NCBI RefSeq assembly: GCF_009914755.1
Contig: NC_060938.1
Reading direction: 5' to 3' (one strand)
Length of the DNA: 64,000 nucleotides
Source of the DNA: the human T2T-CHM13v2.0 reference genome, Homo sapiens
Part shown: piece after piece, positions 1-17,552 of the stretch
Layout of the letters: each line of letters begins with the position of its first letter
Numbering within the stretch: position 1 is the stretch's first letter
Program-made: the position numbers and the translations under genes
The notes under the pieces: generated by a model
What the model saw: only the letters and a program-made list of their open reading frames with translations
What the model was told of the DNA's origin: nothing
Databases searched by the model: none

Positions 1-257
<257 letters not shown>

Positions 258-915
258 CTTTTTTTTTTTTTAATTACATATGTGATAACTGAAAATGAAT
301 CATGAAAGGATACCAATTGGGGAGGATCAAATAAACGGTTCACAGATGACATGATTATTGATGTAGAAAATTCCAAGAAGTCAATTTTTTAAACTCTCCC
401 AAAACTAATAAGTTATCATAGCAAGGTTGCTTGATACAGCTTAATATTTTGGAAACCAGTTGTTTTCCTACACGCTAGCAATAAACCACTGGAATTTGAA
501 ATTAAAAATACAGTGCTGTGTACATTCGTGCCAAAAAATTGAAGTACTTAGGAATAAATCTAACAAAATATGGACAAGACCTAACAAAACCCTGATGAAA
601 GAAAGAAAAGAAAATATAAATAAATAGATATTCTATGTTCATGAATAGGAAGGCTCACTATGATGTCACTAGATGTCAGTTCTTACCGATTGGATTTATA
701 GATTCAATGCAATTCAGCCAAAATCTCAGTAAGTTATTTTGTGGAAATCAACAAACTGATTCTAAATTTTATATGGAAAGGCAAAAGACCCAAAATAAAA
801 CAATACTGAAGATAGAGAATAAAGAGGACTGATCTACTGACTTCAAGACTTACTGAAAAGCTACAATAATCAAGAACAAACAGGTCAATGGAATAGAATA
901 GAAAGTCCAGAAATA

Positions 916-1221
916 GGCTGGAGACGTTGGCTCACACCTATAATCCCAGCATTTTGAGAGGCCAAGGCAGGCGGATCACTTGAGGTCAGAAGTTCGAGAC
1001 TAGCCTGGCCAACATGGTGAAACCCCGTCTCTACTAAAAATACAAAAGTTAGCCAGGTGTGGTGGCATGTGCCTGTAAATCCCAGCTACTCAGGAGGCTG
1101 AGGCACAAGCATCACTTGAACCCGGGAGGTGGAGGTTGCAGTGAACCCAGACCACACCACTGCACAATAGACTGGGCAACGGAGTGAGATTCTGTCTCAA
1201 AAAAAAAAAAAAAAAAAAAAA
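916..1221 (+). mobile_element. AluS
   Basis: Full dimer with poly-A; TSD AGAAAGTCCAGAAATA on both sides. Confidence 0.95.
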
Positions 1222-1773
1222 GAAAGTCCAGAAATAGACCCCACCAATACAGTCAATTGATCTTTGACAAAGAAAAAAAAGCAATTCAATGGAGAAAGGA
1301 TAGTCTTTTCAACAAATGGTGCTGGAACGATTGGACATCAGCATGCAAAAAAAATGGATCTAGACAATGGCCTTTTTCCTTCATAAAAATTAATTAAAAA
1401 CAACTCACAAACCTAAATATGAGACACTCAATGACAAAACTTTTATAACATTTGAAAACATCTAGGTGATCTTCACTTAGCAATGAGTTTTTAGATTCAA
1501 CACCAAAAACATGATTCATGAATGAAGAAAGTGGTAAGTTGGACTGTTCATTAAAATTAAAAATTTCTGCTCTGTGAAAGACACTATTAAAAAAATGAAA
1601 AAACAAGCCACAGAATGGGAGACAATATTTACAAAATACATATCTGATGAAGGATATGTATCTCAAATATACAGTCTTAAAACTCAGCATTAAAAAACAA
1701 GCAACCAATTGTACAACATGGTGACTACAGTTAATGACAATATATTGTATTTTTGAAAAATACAGTAGATTAG

Positions 1774-2076
<303 letters not shown>

Positions 2077-2187
2077 TTAGAGAGTAGATTTTAAGTATTC
2101 TCACCAAAATAAATAAATAATAAATAAGTAAATAAATATGAGGTAATACATGTGTTAATTAGCTAGATATAACCATTTTAAAATGTA

Positions 2188-2500
2188 TTTTATTTTATTT
2201 ATTTTTATTTATTTATTTTTGAGACAGAGTCTCACTGTGTTGCCCAGGCTAGAGTGCAGTGGCGCAATTTGGGTTCACTGCAACCTCCGCCTCTTGGGTT
2301 CCGCAATTCTCCTGCCTCAGCTGCCCAAGTTGCTGGGATACAGGTGCCTGTCACCATGCCTAGCTAATTTTTGTAGTTTTTGTAGAGATGGGGTTTCACC
2401 ATGATGGGCAGGCTGGTCTTGAGCTCCTGACCTCAAGTAATCTGCCCATCTTGGCCTCCCAAAGTGCTGGGATTACAGGTGTAAGCCACCGTGCCCGGCC
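2188..2500 (-). mobile_element. AluS
   Basis: Antisense full dimer with (TTTA)n tail. Confidence 0.9.
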
Positions 2501-2641
2501 TTAGAGAGTAGATTTTAAGTATTCTCACCAAAAAAGAGATAACTTTGTGAGGTAACACGTGTTAATTAGCTAGCTTTAGCCATTTCACAAGGCATATATA
2601 TTTTAAAACATCATATTTTACATGAGAAGCATGTAAATTTC

Positions 2642-2963
2642 TTTTGTTTTGTTTTGTTTTGTTTCATTTTGTTTTGTTTTGTTGAGATGGAGTCTTGCTC
2701 TGTCACTCAGCCTTGAGTGCAGTGGTGCAATCTCGGCTCACTGCAACCTCTGCCTCCCCGGTTCAAGCAATTCTCCTGCCTCAGACTCCTGAGTAGCTGG
2801 GATTACAGGAGCATGCCACCAGGTCTGGCTAATTTTTGTACTTTTAGTAGAGACAGGGTTTCACCATGTTGGTCAGGCTGGTCTCGAACTCCCGACCTCA
2901 TCATCTGCCTGCCTTGGCCTCCCAAAGTGCTGGGATTACAGGTGTGAGCCACCGTGCCTGGCC
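2642..2963 (-). mobile_element. AluS
   Basis: Antisense dimer; TSD GAGAAG(C/T)ATGTAAA. Confidence 0.9.
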
Positions 2964-3735
2964 GAGAAGTATGTAAAATTTTATCTGCCAATTTTAAAAA
3001 CTGCAAAATCATTTTCTAGTAAGGTTGAGCCAAGTTATATGTCTAACAGCAGTGTTTGAGAGTATCCATCTAACCTTAACTTCCTTGCAGTGAATAATTA
3101 AAAAAAAAAGGATGTGATATAAATGTGTGTATGTAACATATAATTATAAGCCAATTTGGATGGCAAAAAAAGAAAAGAAAAAAAAAAGAAAGGGGCTAGG
3201 GCTAGGGTTTTCACTGCCAGAAAAAAACCAGCAATCCAATTATGGCCCAAAAAATCAAAAACAGGCAAAATGATGTGAATGGACACCTCACCAAAGAAGA
3301 TAATACAGAAGGCAAACAAGCACATGAAAAGGTGCTGAACACTACACAGTATTCCACTAGGGAATTGCAAATTATAACAACAAGAAAATACCATTATACA
3401 TCTATGAGAATGCAGAAAACCCAAATCACTGACAACAAATGCTGGTGAGGATGTGGAGAAACAAGAACTCTCAATCATTGCTGGGGGGAATGCAAAATAC
3501 TACCTCCACTCTGGAATACAGTATGGCAGTTTCTTACAAAACCAAACATGCTATTAACATATAATCCAGCAATTGCATTCCTTGGTATTCACCCAAATGA
3601 GTTGAAAACTTATATTTACACAAATACAAAACATATATTTACACACACATAAAAATACATAGATGTCTCTAGCAGCTTTATTCGTAATTGCCAAAACTTG
3701 GAAGCAACCAAGAAGTCTTTCAATAGGTGAATGGA

Positions 3736-4070
3736 GGCCGGGTGCAGTGGCCCACATCTGTAATCTAAACATTTTGGGAGGCTGAAGGGGATGAATTACT
3801 TGAGCTCAGGAGTTCAAGACCAGCCTGGGCAACATGGCAAAACCGTGTCTCTCCAAAACATACAAAAATTTAGCCTGGTGTGGTGGCATACACCTGTAGT
3901 CTCAACTACTCAGGGGCACTGAGACAGGAGAATTGCTTGAGTCCAGGAGGTCGAGGCTGCAGTGAGCCGAGATTGTGCCACTGCACTCCAGCCTAGATGA
4001 CAGAGTGAGACCCTGTCTAAAAAAAAAAAAAAAAAAAAAAAAACCACAGAGGAAAAGAAAAGAAAAAAAA
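3736..4070 (+). mobile_element. AluJ
   Basis: Dimer with AluJ features (GAGGTCGAGGCTGCAGTGAGC); TSD AGGTGAATG. Confidence 0.9.
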
Positions 4071-4113
4071 AGGTGAATGAATAAGCAAATACTGTTCAGC
4101 CATAAAAAGATAG

Positions 4114-4270
4114 GAGCTGCTGGGAGCAATGGAATCCCAGCACCTTGGGAGACTAAGGTGGGAGCATTTCTTGAGCCCATGAGTTTAAGAGCAGCCTGGG
4201 CAATACAGTGAGACCCTGTCTCTAGCAAAAATAAAATAAAATATAATAAATAAATAAATAAATAAACAAA
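4114..4270 (+). mobile_element. FLAM / Alu monomer
   Basis: Single left-arm-like unit with (TAAA)n tail. Confidence 0.75.
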
Positions 4271-4662
4271 CATGAACTATCAAGTCTTGAGAAGATATGG
4301 AGGAAACTTAAATACATATTGCTTAGTAAAAGAAGCCAATCTAAGAAAGCTGTATGCTGTACGATGCCAACTATGACATTCAGGAAAAGGCAAAAGCTAT
4401 ACAGACAGTACAAGAAAAAAAAAGAGTGGTTGCCAGAGGGGTGTGGGAGAGTGAGAGATGAATAGATGAACACAAGGGATTTTTAGGACAGTGAAACTAT
4501 TCTGTATGATACTGTAATAGTAAATACATGACAGAGTGCTGTTGGCAAACTCTATAAAACTGTACAACACCAAGAACAAGCCACAATGTAAATACAGACT
4601 TTAGTTAATAATGTATCCATATTGGTTCATCATTTGTAACAAACACTAATGCAAGGGTCTAA

Positions 4663-4775
4663 AGCACATAAAATTGGAACAATACAGAGAAGATTAGGCC
4701 CCTGCACAAGCATGACACAAATTTGTGAAGTGTTCCATATTAAAAAAATAAATTTAAAAATAAAACAAAAAATAA
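4663..4775 (+). pseudogene. U6 snRNA retropseudogene, 5'-truncated, with A-rich tail
   Basis: AGCACATA..AAATTGGAACAATACAGAGAAGATTAG..GCCCCTGCACAAGCATGACAC..AAATTTGTGAAGTGTTCCATATT aligns to U6 (ACAGAGA box kept, CpGs decayed, small deletions); A-rich tail 4742-4775. Confidence 0.92.
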
Positions 4776-4832
4776 TAAGGGAAACTCTGGGGATGACATG
4801 ATATAAGATAACTTCTGTACTATCTGATCACT

Positions 4833-5136
4833 TTTCTTTCTTTTTCTTTAGAGACAGGGTCTCATTCTGTTGCCAAGGCTAGAGCACAGTGCTGTGACCA
4901 TAGCTCACTGCAACCTCGAATTCCCAGGCTTGTACTGATCCTCCCCTCTCCGGCTCCCAAGCAGCTGGGACTACAGATATGAGCCACCATGCCTGGCTTT
5001 TTTTTTTTTTTTTTCTTATAGAGACATGGTCTCACTATGTTGCCCAGACTGGTCTCCAATTCCTGGGTTCAAGTGATCCTCCTAACTTGGCCTTCCAAAA
5101 CGATTGGATTACAGGCATGAGCCACTGTGTCCAGCC
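4833..5136 (-). mobile_element. AluJ
   Basis: Antisense dimer; TSD TCAC(T/C)TTTCTTT. Confidence 0.9.
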
Positions 5137-5294
5137 TCACCTTTCTTTAAAGCTAAAGCTGCTTTAAAAAAAAAAAAAAAGCCTATTGGAGTCGCTTTCA
5201 AGATGGCCGAAGAGGAACAGATCTGGTCTGCAGGTTTGAGCGAGATTGACACAGAAGATGGGTGATTTCTGCATTTCCAACTGAGGTACCTGGT

Positions 5295-5627
5295 TCATCT
5301 CATTGGGACTGGTTGGACAGTGGGTGCATCCCACAGAGGGTTAACCAAAGGAGGATGGGGCATCGTCTCACCTGGGAAGTGCAAGGGGTTGGGGGATTTC
5401 CCTTTCCTAGCCAAGGGAAGCTGTGAGTGACTGTACCTGGAGGAATGGTACACTTCTGCCCAAATACTGTGCTTTTCCCATGGTCTTTGCAACTGGCAGA
5501 CCAGAAGATTCCCTCCCATGCCTGGCTTAGTGGGTCCCACACCCACGGAACCCTGCTTGCTGCTAGTGCAGCAGTCTGAGACAGACCTGGGATGCTGGAT
5601 CTTGGTGGGGGTAGGGATGTCCACCAT
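5295..5627 (-). CDS. L1 antisense ORF0 homologue, open for 110 aa
   Basis: MVDIPTPTKIQHPRSVSDCCTSSKQGSVGVGPTKPG... resembles L1HS ORF0 (SDCCAS..SVGVGP); ATG in GCAATGG context; translation not demonstrated. Confidence 0.55.
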   Translation of the reverse strand: MVDIPTPTKIQHPRSVSDCCTSSKQGSVGVGPTKPGMGGNLLVCQLQRPWEKHSIWAEVYHSSRYSHSQLPLARKGKSPNPLHFPGETMPHPPLVNPLWDAPTVQPVPMR

Positions 5628-6246
5628 TGCTGAGGCTTGAGTAGGCAGTTCTATGCTCACAGTGTAAACAAAGCGGCAGGGAAGCTTGAACTGGGTGGAG
5701 CCCACTGCAGCTCAGCAAGGCCTACTGCCTCTCTAGATTCCACCTCTGGGGGCAGGACATATCTGAACAAAAGGCAGCAGAGAGCTTCTGCAGACTTAAA
5801 CGTCCCTGCCTGACAGCTCTGAAGAGAGCAGTGGTTCTCCCAGCATGGTGTTTGAGCTCTGAAAACGGACAGACTGCCTCCTCAAGTGGGTCCCTGACCC
5901 GCATGTAGCTTGACTGGGAGACACCTCCCAGTAGGGGCCGACAGACACCTCATACAGACGGGTGCCCCTCTGGGACGAAGCTTCCAGAGGAAGGATCAGA
6001 CAGCAATATTTGCTATTCTGCAGCCTCTGCTGTGATACCCAGGCAAACAGGGTCTTGAGTGGATCTTGCTGAGTAGGCCAAGCCTCAGCAAACCCCAACA
6101 GACCTGCAGCTGAGGGGCCTGTCTGTTAGAAGGAAAACTAACAAACAGAAAGGAATAGCATCAACATCAACAAAAAGGACACCCACACCAAAACCCCATC
6201 TGTAGGTCACCAACATGAAAGACCAAAGGTAGACAAAACCACAAAG

Positions 6247-7276
6247 ATGGGGAGAAACCAGAGCAGAAAGTCTGAAAATTCCAAAAACCAGAACACCTCT
6301 TCTCCTCCAAAGGATCACAACTCCTCGACAGCAAGGAACACAAACCGGATGGAGAATGAGTTTCATGAGTTGACAGAAGCAGGCTTCAGAAGGTCAGTAA
6401 TAACAAACTTCTCTGAGCTAAAGGAGCATGTTCTAACCCATCACAAGGAAGCTAAAAACCTTGAAAAAAGGTTAGATGAATGACTAACTAGAATAATCAG
6501 TGTAGAGAAGAGCTTAAATGACCTGATGGACTGAAAACCACAGTATGAGAACTTTGTGAAGCATACAGAAGCTTCAATAACCAATTCGATCAAGCAGAAG
6601 AAAGGATATCAGTGATTGAAGATCAAATGAATGAAATGAAGCTAGATGAGAAGTTTAGAGAAAAAAGAGTGAAAAGAAATGAACAAAGCCTCCAAGAAAT
6701 ATGGGACTATGTGAAAAGACCAAATCTACGTTTGATTGGTGTACCTGAAAATGACGAGAAGAGTGGAACCAAGTTAGAAGACACTCTTCAGGATATTATC
6801 CAGGAGAACTTCCCCAACCTAGCAAGGCAGGCCAACATTCAAATTCAGGAAATACAGAGAATGCCACAAAGATACTCCTCGAGAAGAGCAATCCCAAGAC
6901 ACATAATCATCAGATTCACCAAGGTTGAAATGAAGGAAAAAAAGTTAAGGGCAGCCAGAGAAAAAGGTCAGGTTACCCACAAAGGGAAGCCCATCAGACT
7001 AACAGCAGATCTCTCGGCAGAAACCCTACAAGCCAAAAGAGAGTGGGGACCAATACAATATTCAACATTCTTAAAGAAAAGAATTTTCAACCCAGAGTTT
7101 CATATCCAGCCAAACTAAGCTTCATAAGTGAAGGAGAAATAAAATCCTTTACAGACAAGCAAATGCTGAGAGATTTTGTTACCACCAAGCCTGCCTTACA
7201 AGAGCTCCTGAAGGAAGCACTAAACATGGAAAGGAACAATCGGTACCAGCCACAGCAAAAACATGCCAAGCTGTAA
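6247..7276 (+). pseudogene. L1 ORF1p, disrupted
   Basis: Runs MGRNQSRK... to ...QKHAKL in three frames; premature TGA at 6481-6483 plus frameshifts. Confidence 0.92.
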
Positions 7277-7339
7277 AGACCATCGATGCTAAGAAGAAAC
7301 TGCATCAATTAATGGGTGAAATAACCAGCTAACATCATA

Positions 7340-11181
<3,842 letters not shown>

Positions 11182-11779
11182 ACAATGAGAATACATGGAC
11201 GCAGGGAGGGGAATATCACACACCCGGGCCTGTTGGGTGGGGGGGGGCTGGGGGAGGGATAGCATTAGGAGAAATACCTAATATTAATGACAAGTTGATG
11301 GGTGCAGCAAACCAACATGGCACATGTATACCGATGTAACCAATCTGTACGTTGTGCACATGTACCCTAGAACTTAAAGTGTATGAAAAAAGCCTATTAA
11401 AAAATGAATCATGATCCTTTAGACAGGTAGTAGCTAAAGGATCCTCATATCCTTTAAAAGGATTACTGTAGTCAAGCAAAGTGCTATGAGACTGACTTGA
11501 AAATTTAAAAAATAGCTTTATCCATCATATCTATGTTCATTAATCTCATGTCTAGCCCAGTCTAGAATGCTTCCTTGCATATGACTGCTGGAAAGCTACT
11601 CTAAGATGCTTCCCTAGCAATTCAAACTCATTCTATCAAAACTGAACTTACTTATTCACCAATTTCTTTAATACCATCAACACTTTCCTCTTTCTCAACT
11701 AGTTATTTACCAGATTTTGCAAACTATTTCCTACTTCTTCAAGCTACCCTTTTCCATCTATCGTGCTTTACCACATACA

Positions 11780-12102
11780 TTTTATTATTTATTTATTTAT
11801 TTATTTATTTTTTGAGACAGGGTCTAACTCTGTCACCCAGGCTAGAGTGCAGTGGTACAATCTCAGCTCACTGCAACCTCCACCTCCTGGTTCAAGTGAT
11901 TCTCATGCTTCAGCTTCCTGAGTAGCTGGGATTACAGACATGTGCCACCATGCCTGGCTATTTTTTGTATTTTTAGTAGAGACGGTGGGGGGAGGTCCCA
12001 CCATGTTGGATAGGGTGGTCTCCAACTCCTAGCCTCAAGTGATCCACCCACCTCAGCCTCCCAAAGTGCTGGGGTTACAGGCATGAGCCACAGAGCCCAG
12101 CC
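11780..12102 (-). mobile_element. Alu (J/S)
   Basis: Antisense dimer with (TTTA)n tail. Confidence 0.9.
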
Positions 12103-12275
12103 TTTTTATCGTTTTTCAATTAGATTAACTAGTCTTGCAAACTTGAGAATTTTGATTCTGAAACGTATTTCTAAATTGATGAATGAAAGTGTAAATCTAA
12201 TCTCATCACTCCTGTTTTAACTTTCAAAATTCATTGACTATAGAATCAAGTCCAAGGTACTTAATTAGGAGATCA

Positions 12276-12434
<159 letters not shown>

Positions 12435-12686
12435 TCATTTCCCACCACTTTCCATGTTAAATTTTATACTGTGATATTAAATTGCTTATAGCTCCTTACA
12501 GTATCTCACTCCCATATTGATTCCTTTATAAGGAATTCTGTTTTCTCTGCACCTCCACCCTCACCTCTTCACCTTGCTAAGTCTTATTCATACTACAGGA
12601 GGCATTATCTCCTTCAGATTTTCCTGACTCTGTCTTCCTCATCCCCTGAACTCCCCTCTCCCAAAGCCATTTCTCAGTTTACACAG

Positions 12687-13019
12687 TGTGATGGTTAATT
12701 TTGTCAACTTGGCTGGGCCATGGTGCACAGATATTTGGTGAAACGTTATCCTGGATGCTTCTGTGAAGGTGTTTTTTTGATGAGATTACCATTTAAATCA
12801 CCAGACTTTGAATACAACAGATTACATTCCATGTATGTCCAACTACAATTCTTTTCTGAGGCTTGCCCGCCTCTTCCCTCAGATTTTGGACTCACTAAAA
12901 GTCCACAACTGCATGAGCCATTTCCTTACAATAAATCACTGTCCCTCTCTCTATGTAGTCTCTGTGTATACACACATATCCTGTTTGTTCTGTTTCTCTG
13001 GAGAACCCTGATTAATACA
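12687..13019 (+). mobile_element. MLT2-type ERVL solo LTR
   Basis: TGTGATGGTTAATTTTGTCAACTTG ... TCTCTGGAGAACCCTGATTAATACA. Confidence 0.8.
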
Positions 13020-14099
13020 TATGGTATTCTCAGCTACTTGTGTGCCTAATTGTTATTCATTATTTTATTTGCAGAACTGATCAGTGTGTGACACACTGCA
13101 GAAGCCTAATATTTATAGACTTGAGAATATTAATGATCTGACATTAACAGACTTGATAATATTAATAATATGACATTCTTTTTCTCCCTGTAACGAAAGA
13201 GTGGTTCATTTTCTTCTTCTCATCTTCATCCATATTTCTGTAAAAGTCCAGCTTGTATGAGGTATGAGGACATAGACAATATCTTTGATAATCATTTTGA
13301 GAAAAGAAAAAAGCTCTAATTTATCTCTTTCATTTCTTATAGACAGGCAACTGTTAGAACAATAGAAAATGAAGAAATGGATATGTTGGTTATGGTGGTG
13401 GTGGAGGGGAGTAGGGGAAAACTTACCTGTTGTGGTATCAAAAGTTTAGGGAAAGAACATTAATGAGTTACTTCAGGTATGTTAGGGAAAAAGGAAAAAG
13501 AATAGGGAGAATTAGTCCTAATGTTTGAACTCACTGCATAAAACAGAGAGAGAGAGAGAGAAAATCAGCTTACTAAAAGGAAAGAAAATATGAGGTTTCT
13601 CTTTATGCCAGAGACTGTAAGCACCCAGATAATGGGCTTTAAAAAAAGGAGGAAATGAACTTTACTCAATGAAAAATATTATAATTTTTCTCTAAATTTA
13701 TTCTACTAATTCATTACATGGTTTGAATGTTCTCATTGTGGTAGTCACTATCCTGTTTTATTTATTATTTCCTAGCCAGGAAAATCAACTTTTTCCTTTG
13801 TTTTACACATAATTTGATTTGGCCCTAAGCCTTTGCACAAGCTATATACTTCCTGATTGGAGTATTTGCTCTGATAAACTGTACACTCTTTGTTTTTGTC
13901 TCATAGATTTTTATGGTACTTTATGTTCATAAATATGATTCAAATCCTGACTGAAGTAAAGCAAAAAAGAAAAAAGCATTTCAAAGCTGAATCTGTAACA
14001 AACTTCTTGAGAACACTGTTCATTACAGCATACATAACGAAAATTTGGTGAATATTATAACCTCTGTTGTTCCAAGTTAATCTACGTCCAACTTTTCCA

Positions 14100-14410
<311 letters not shown>

Positions 14411-14899
14411 TAAACTCTCTTTTGTACACTTACTAAAGGATAAGTTCCTTTCATTAACTTTAACCACAAATTTAGGAACCCGTCAGCACCTCATATTATG
14501 CCTATTCTCTGGGGTGTATTAAAAAATATTATTGCTTATTACTCAGCACCCAGAAGAGTACCTGGCACATGGTATGTGGTCACTAAGTATTTGGTGTCTG
14601 AAGGAATCATGAGTAACAGGAGTTAAAGTGACATTTATAAAACCAATTCTGAACTATGGAACAAAAAACCCAAATTTAAATTACTAGCAGTTAATTATAC
14701 CATTCTTAGTTCACGGAGGTAGGCCAATTGAAAACTTTGGACATTTTTAAATTCTGTAAGGTTTAACATTTTTTCTTAGAGGATTCACATATCGTAATCT
14801 CATCCAGCACTTCAGTCAAAAAAAAAAAAAAAAAAAAAGTCACCAGCTCCAAGGTTTTAGTGTGAAACGTTCTTTGGCCAGGATCTAGATAGTACTTTT

Positions 14900-15980
14900 G
14901 CTCACTCAACCGGAGCCCGATCTGGTGCCATTTTCACTTGACCGCCGCTTCGAAACACGTCCCTCCCACCTCTCATCCCAAACCACACACAAAGAAGGAA
15001 AGCACAATTTCGACAGGTCTTGGGAAAACTCGACGAGGCCAAGTATGAGGCCACAAGACACCGTTTTTAGTTCCGCGTTCTCCCTCTTCTAATCCTATTA
15101 GGTTTTGTCCAGACAACGTTTTGCTCTTTCAGAAGAGAAAGAGCGTTCTGCGCTCGTCGTCTTGGATTCGACAACCATAAGCATCCCGTTAGGGCAACCA
15201 CCGCAGCAGACTAAGTTCGACTACTTTCTCTCCAAACTCCTCCCGGGCCTTCTTCCCAAGCTCTCTCTTTCTCCTGGAGGCCCCGCCTCGCGGCCCGGCA
15301 GCGCGGCACGCGCATGCCCGGTGCTCGCCGCTTGCGCTCTCCCCTGCGGCGCGCCGCCGCCCCGTAGGCCCCACGCGCCGCCCCGCTCCTCCGCCGGATC
15401 GTCTGTGGGTGAGTCTCGAGCCAGGAGGCTCTGAGCCAGTGGCGATTGGCTGACGCGGTGGCTGCGCACTCGGCCTGAGAAACTCGGCAAGCGCGCAGTG
15501 TCGACTCCCCGGTCTATGCCAGGCGCATCTCAGGTAAACGGTTGGGCAGGGAGGTTTGGGCGACGGAGAATGATAGTGGTGGGCACAGATCAGCCCTGGA
15601 GTTTTCGGCCGCAGACTTTTCCTTGGAGAAGGAGAAGGGGCCCCGCGGAATCTGTACTTAGTGAATGCTGACCCCGCGTGGCCGGGAGTGATGGGGCTCT
15701 CTCGAAGGTCAGTGTCGTGGGGTCCTCAGGTGGCAGACAGCTCTTTCTGGGTATGGTTTTGGTATTGTCTCCAGTTTCCTAATACTGGACCTGAGCAGCT
15801 GAGCATTTATTCAAGGGTGTATTTTTTTTGTTTTTTTCCCCTTAAGTCGCGGTTAGTCAGAAGGTTCCAGTCCTCGCTCAACCTCTGATCGACTCTGTGC
15901 CCATGAGAGAGTCGTTTTATATTTCATTTCTCACACGTGGAAGTGTGGGCGAAGAATGAGGGGCTTCTTTAAGCGCGCTA
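14900..15980. promoter_or_regulatory. CpG-island promoter
   Basis: Only dense CpG/GC region in the window; GC box CCGCCCC (15378), NRF1-like CGCGCATGC (15309), inverted CCAAT GATTGGCT (15444) next to half-CRE TGACG; no obvious TATA box. Confidence 0.9.
15340..15533 (+). other. MIPOL1: First (5'UTR) exon of the host gene, tentatively MIPOL1; TSS uncertain; intron 1 runs past the window end
   Basis: Donor CAG|GTAAAC at 15533/15534 inside the CpG island (seen). The gene name rests on recall of the mRNA 5' sequence, not a search. Confidence 0.55.
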
Positions 15981-16539
15981 AGCCATGCTGTAAAAAGATA
16001 CTGTTAGAATTTTTTTTTTTCTTTTTTGATTCACAATGTCCCTGGACCTGGTGCAACGTTTGGGAAGCATTTTAAGCTCTATGGATGGAGGGAACAAGAC
16101 AGCCGCATTATTAGACAAGGATGGTAGAAAGGAACAACTTTCCACAAACACACGCGTTTGGAAAAGCTCCTTTGAGCATTTTATGCAGGTTAAATCACAG
16201 TGGTAGTAGATAGAAATAAGCCAAAACAAAGGGCCAAACAAAACTACATTTCAAGGAGGTGTTCTTTTCTTCCCCAGATAACTTGAATATACTATCACAA
16301 ATTATTGGCGTTTCAAAGTTTTTCCTTGTGATCTGGTATGGAGTTCATCTAAAATGACAATTACATAATCATTCTATGCAATCGTATGCCAATAAAATTA
16401 ATTAAAACAGTTTAATTTTTAATGTGAGGAATAGGAATCAAGACATGTCATTGATGGGAGGTAATGATGGCAATCAGCAAAATGAATGGGAGATGTATAC
16501 AATTTTCCTTCAAAGGAGTAGAGTTTATAGAGATATTTT

Positions 16540-17550
<1,011 letters not shown>

Positions 17551-17552
17551 CT

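Noticed and set aside
15185-15200. RFX X-box-like GTTAGGGCAAC
   Set aside because: Only one good half-site; too weak without ChIP data
14898-15888. ORFs of 61-109 aa across the CpG island
   Set aside because: Expected in GC-rich DNA; mostly non-ATG starts, low complexity and no recognisable domain
16238-16260. ZNF143-associated ACTACA motif (AACTACATTTCAAG)
   Set aside because: Lacks the TCCC core and lies outside the island
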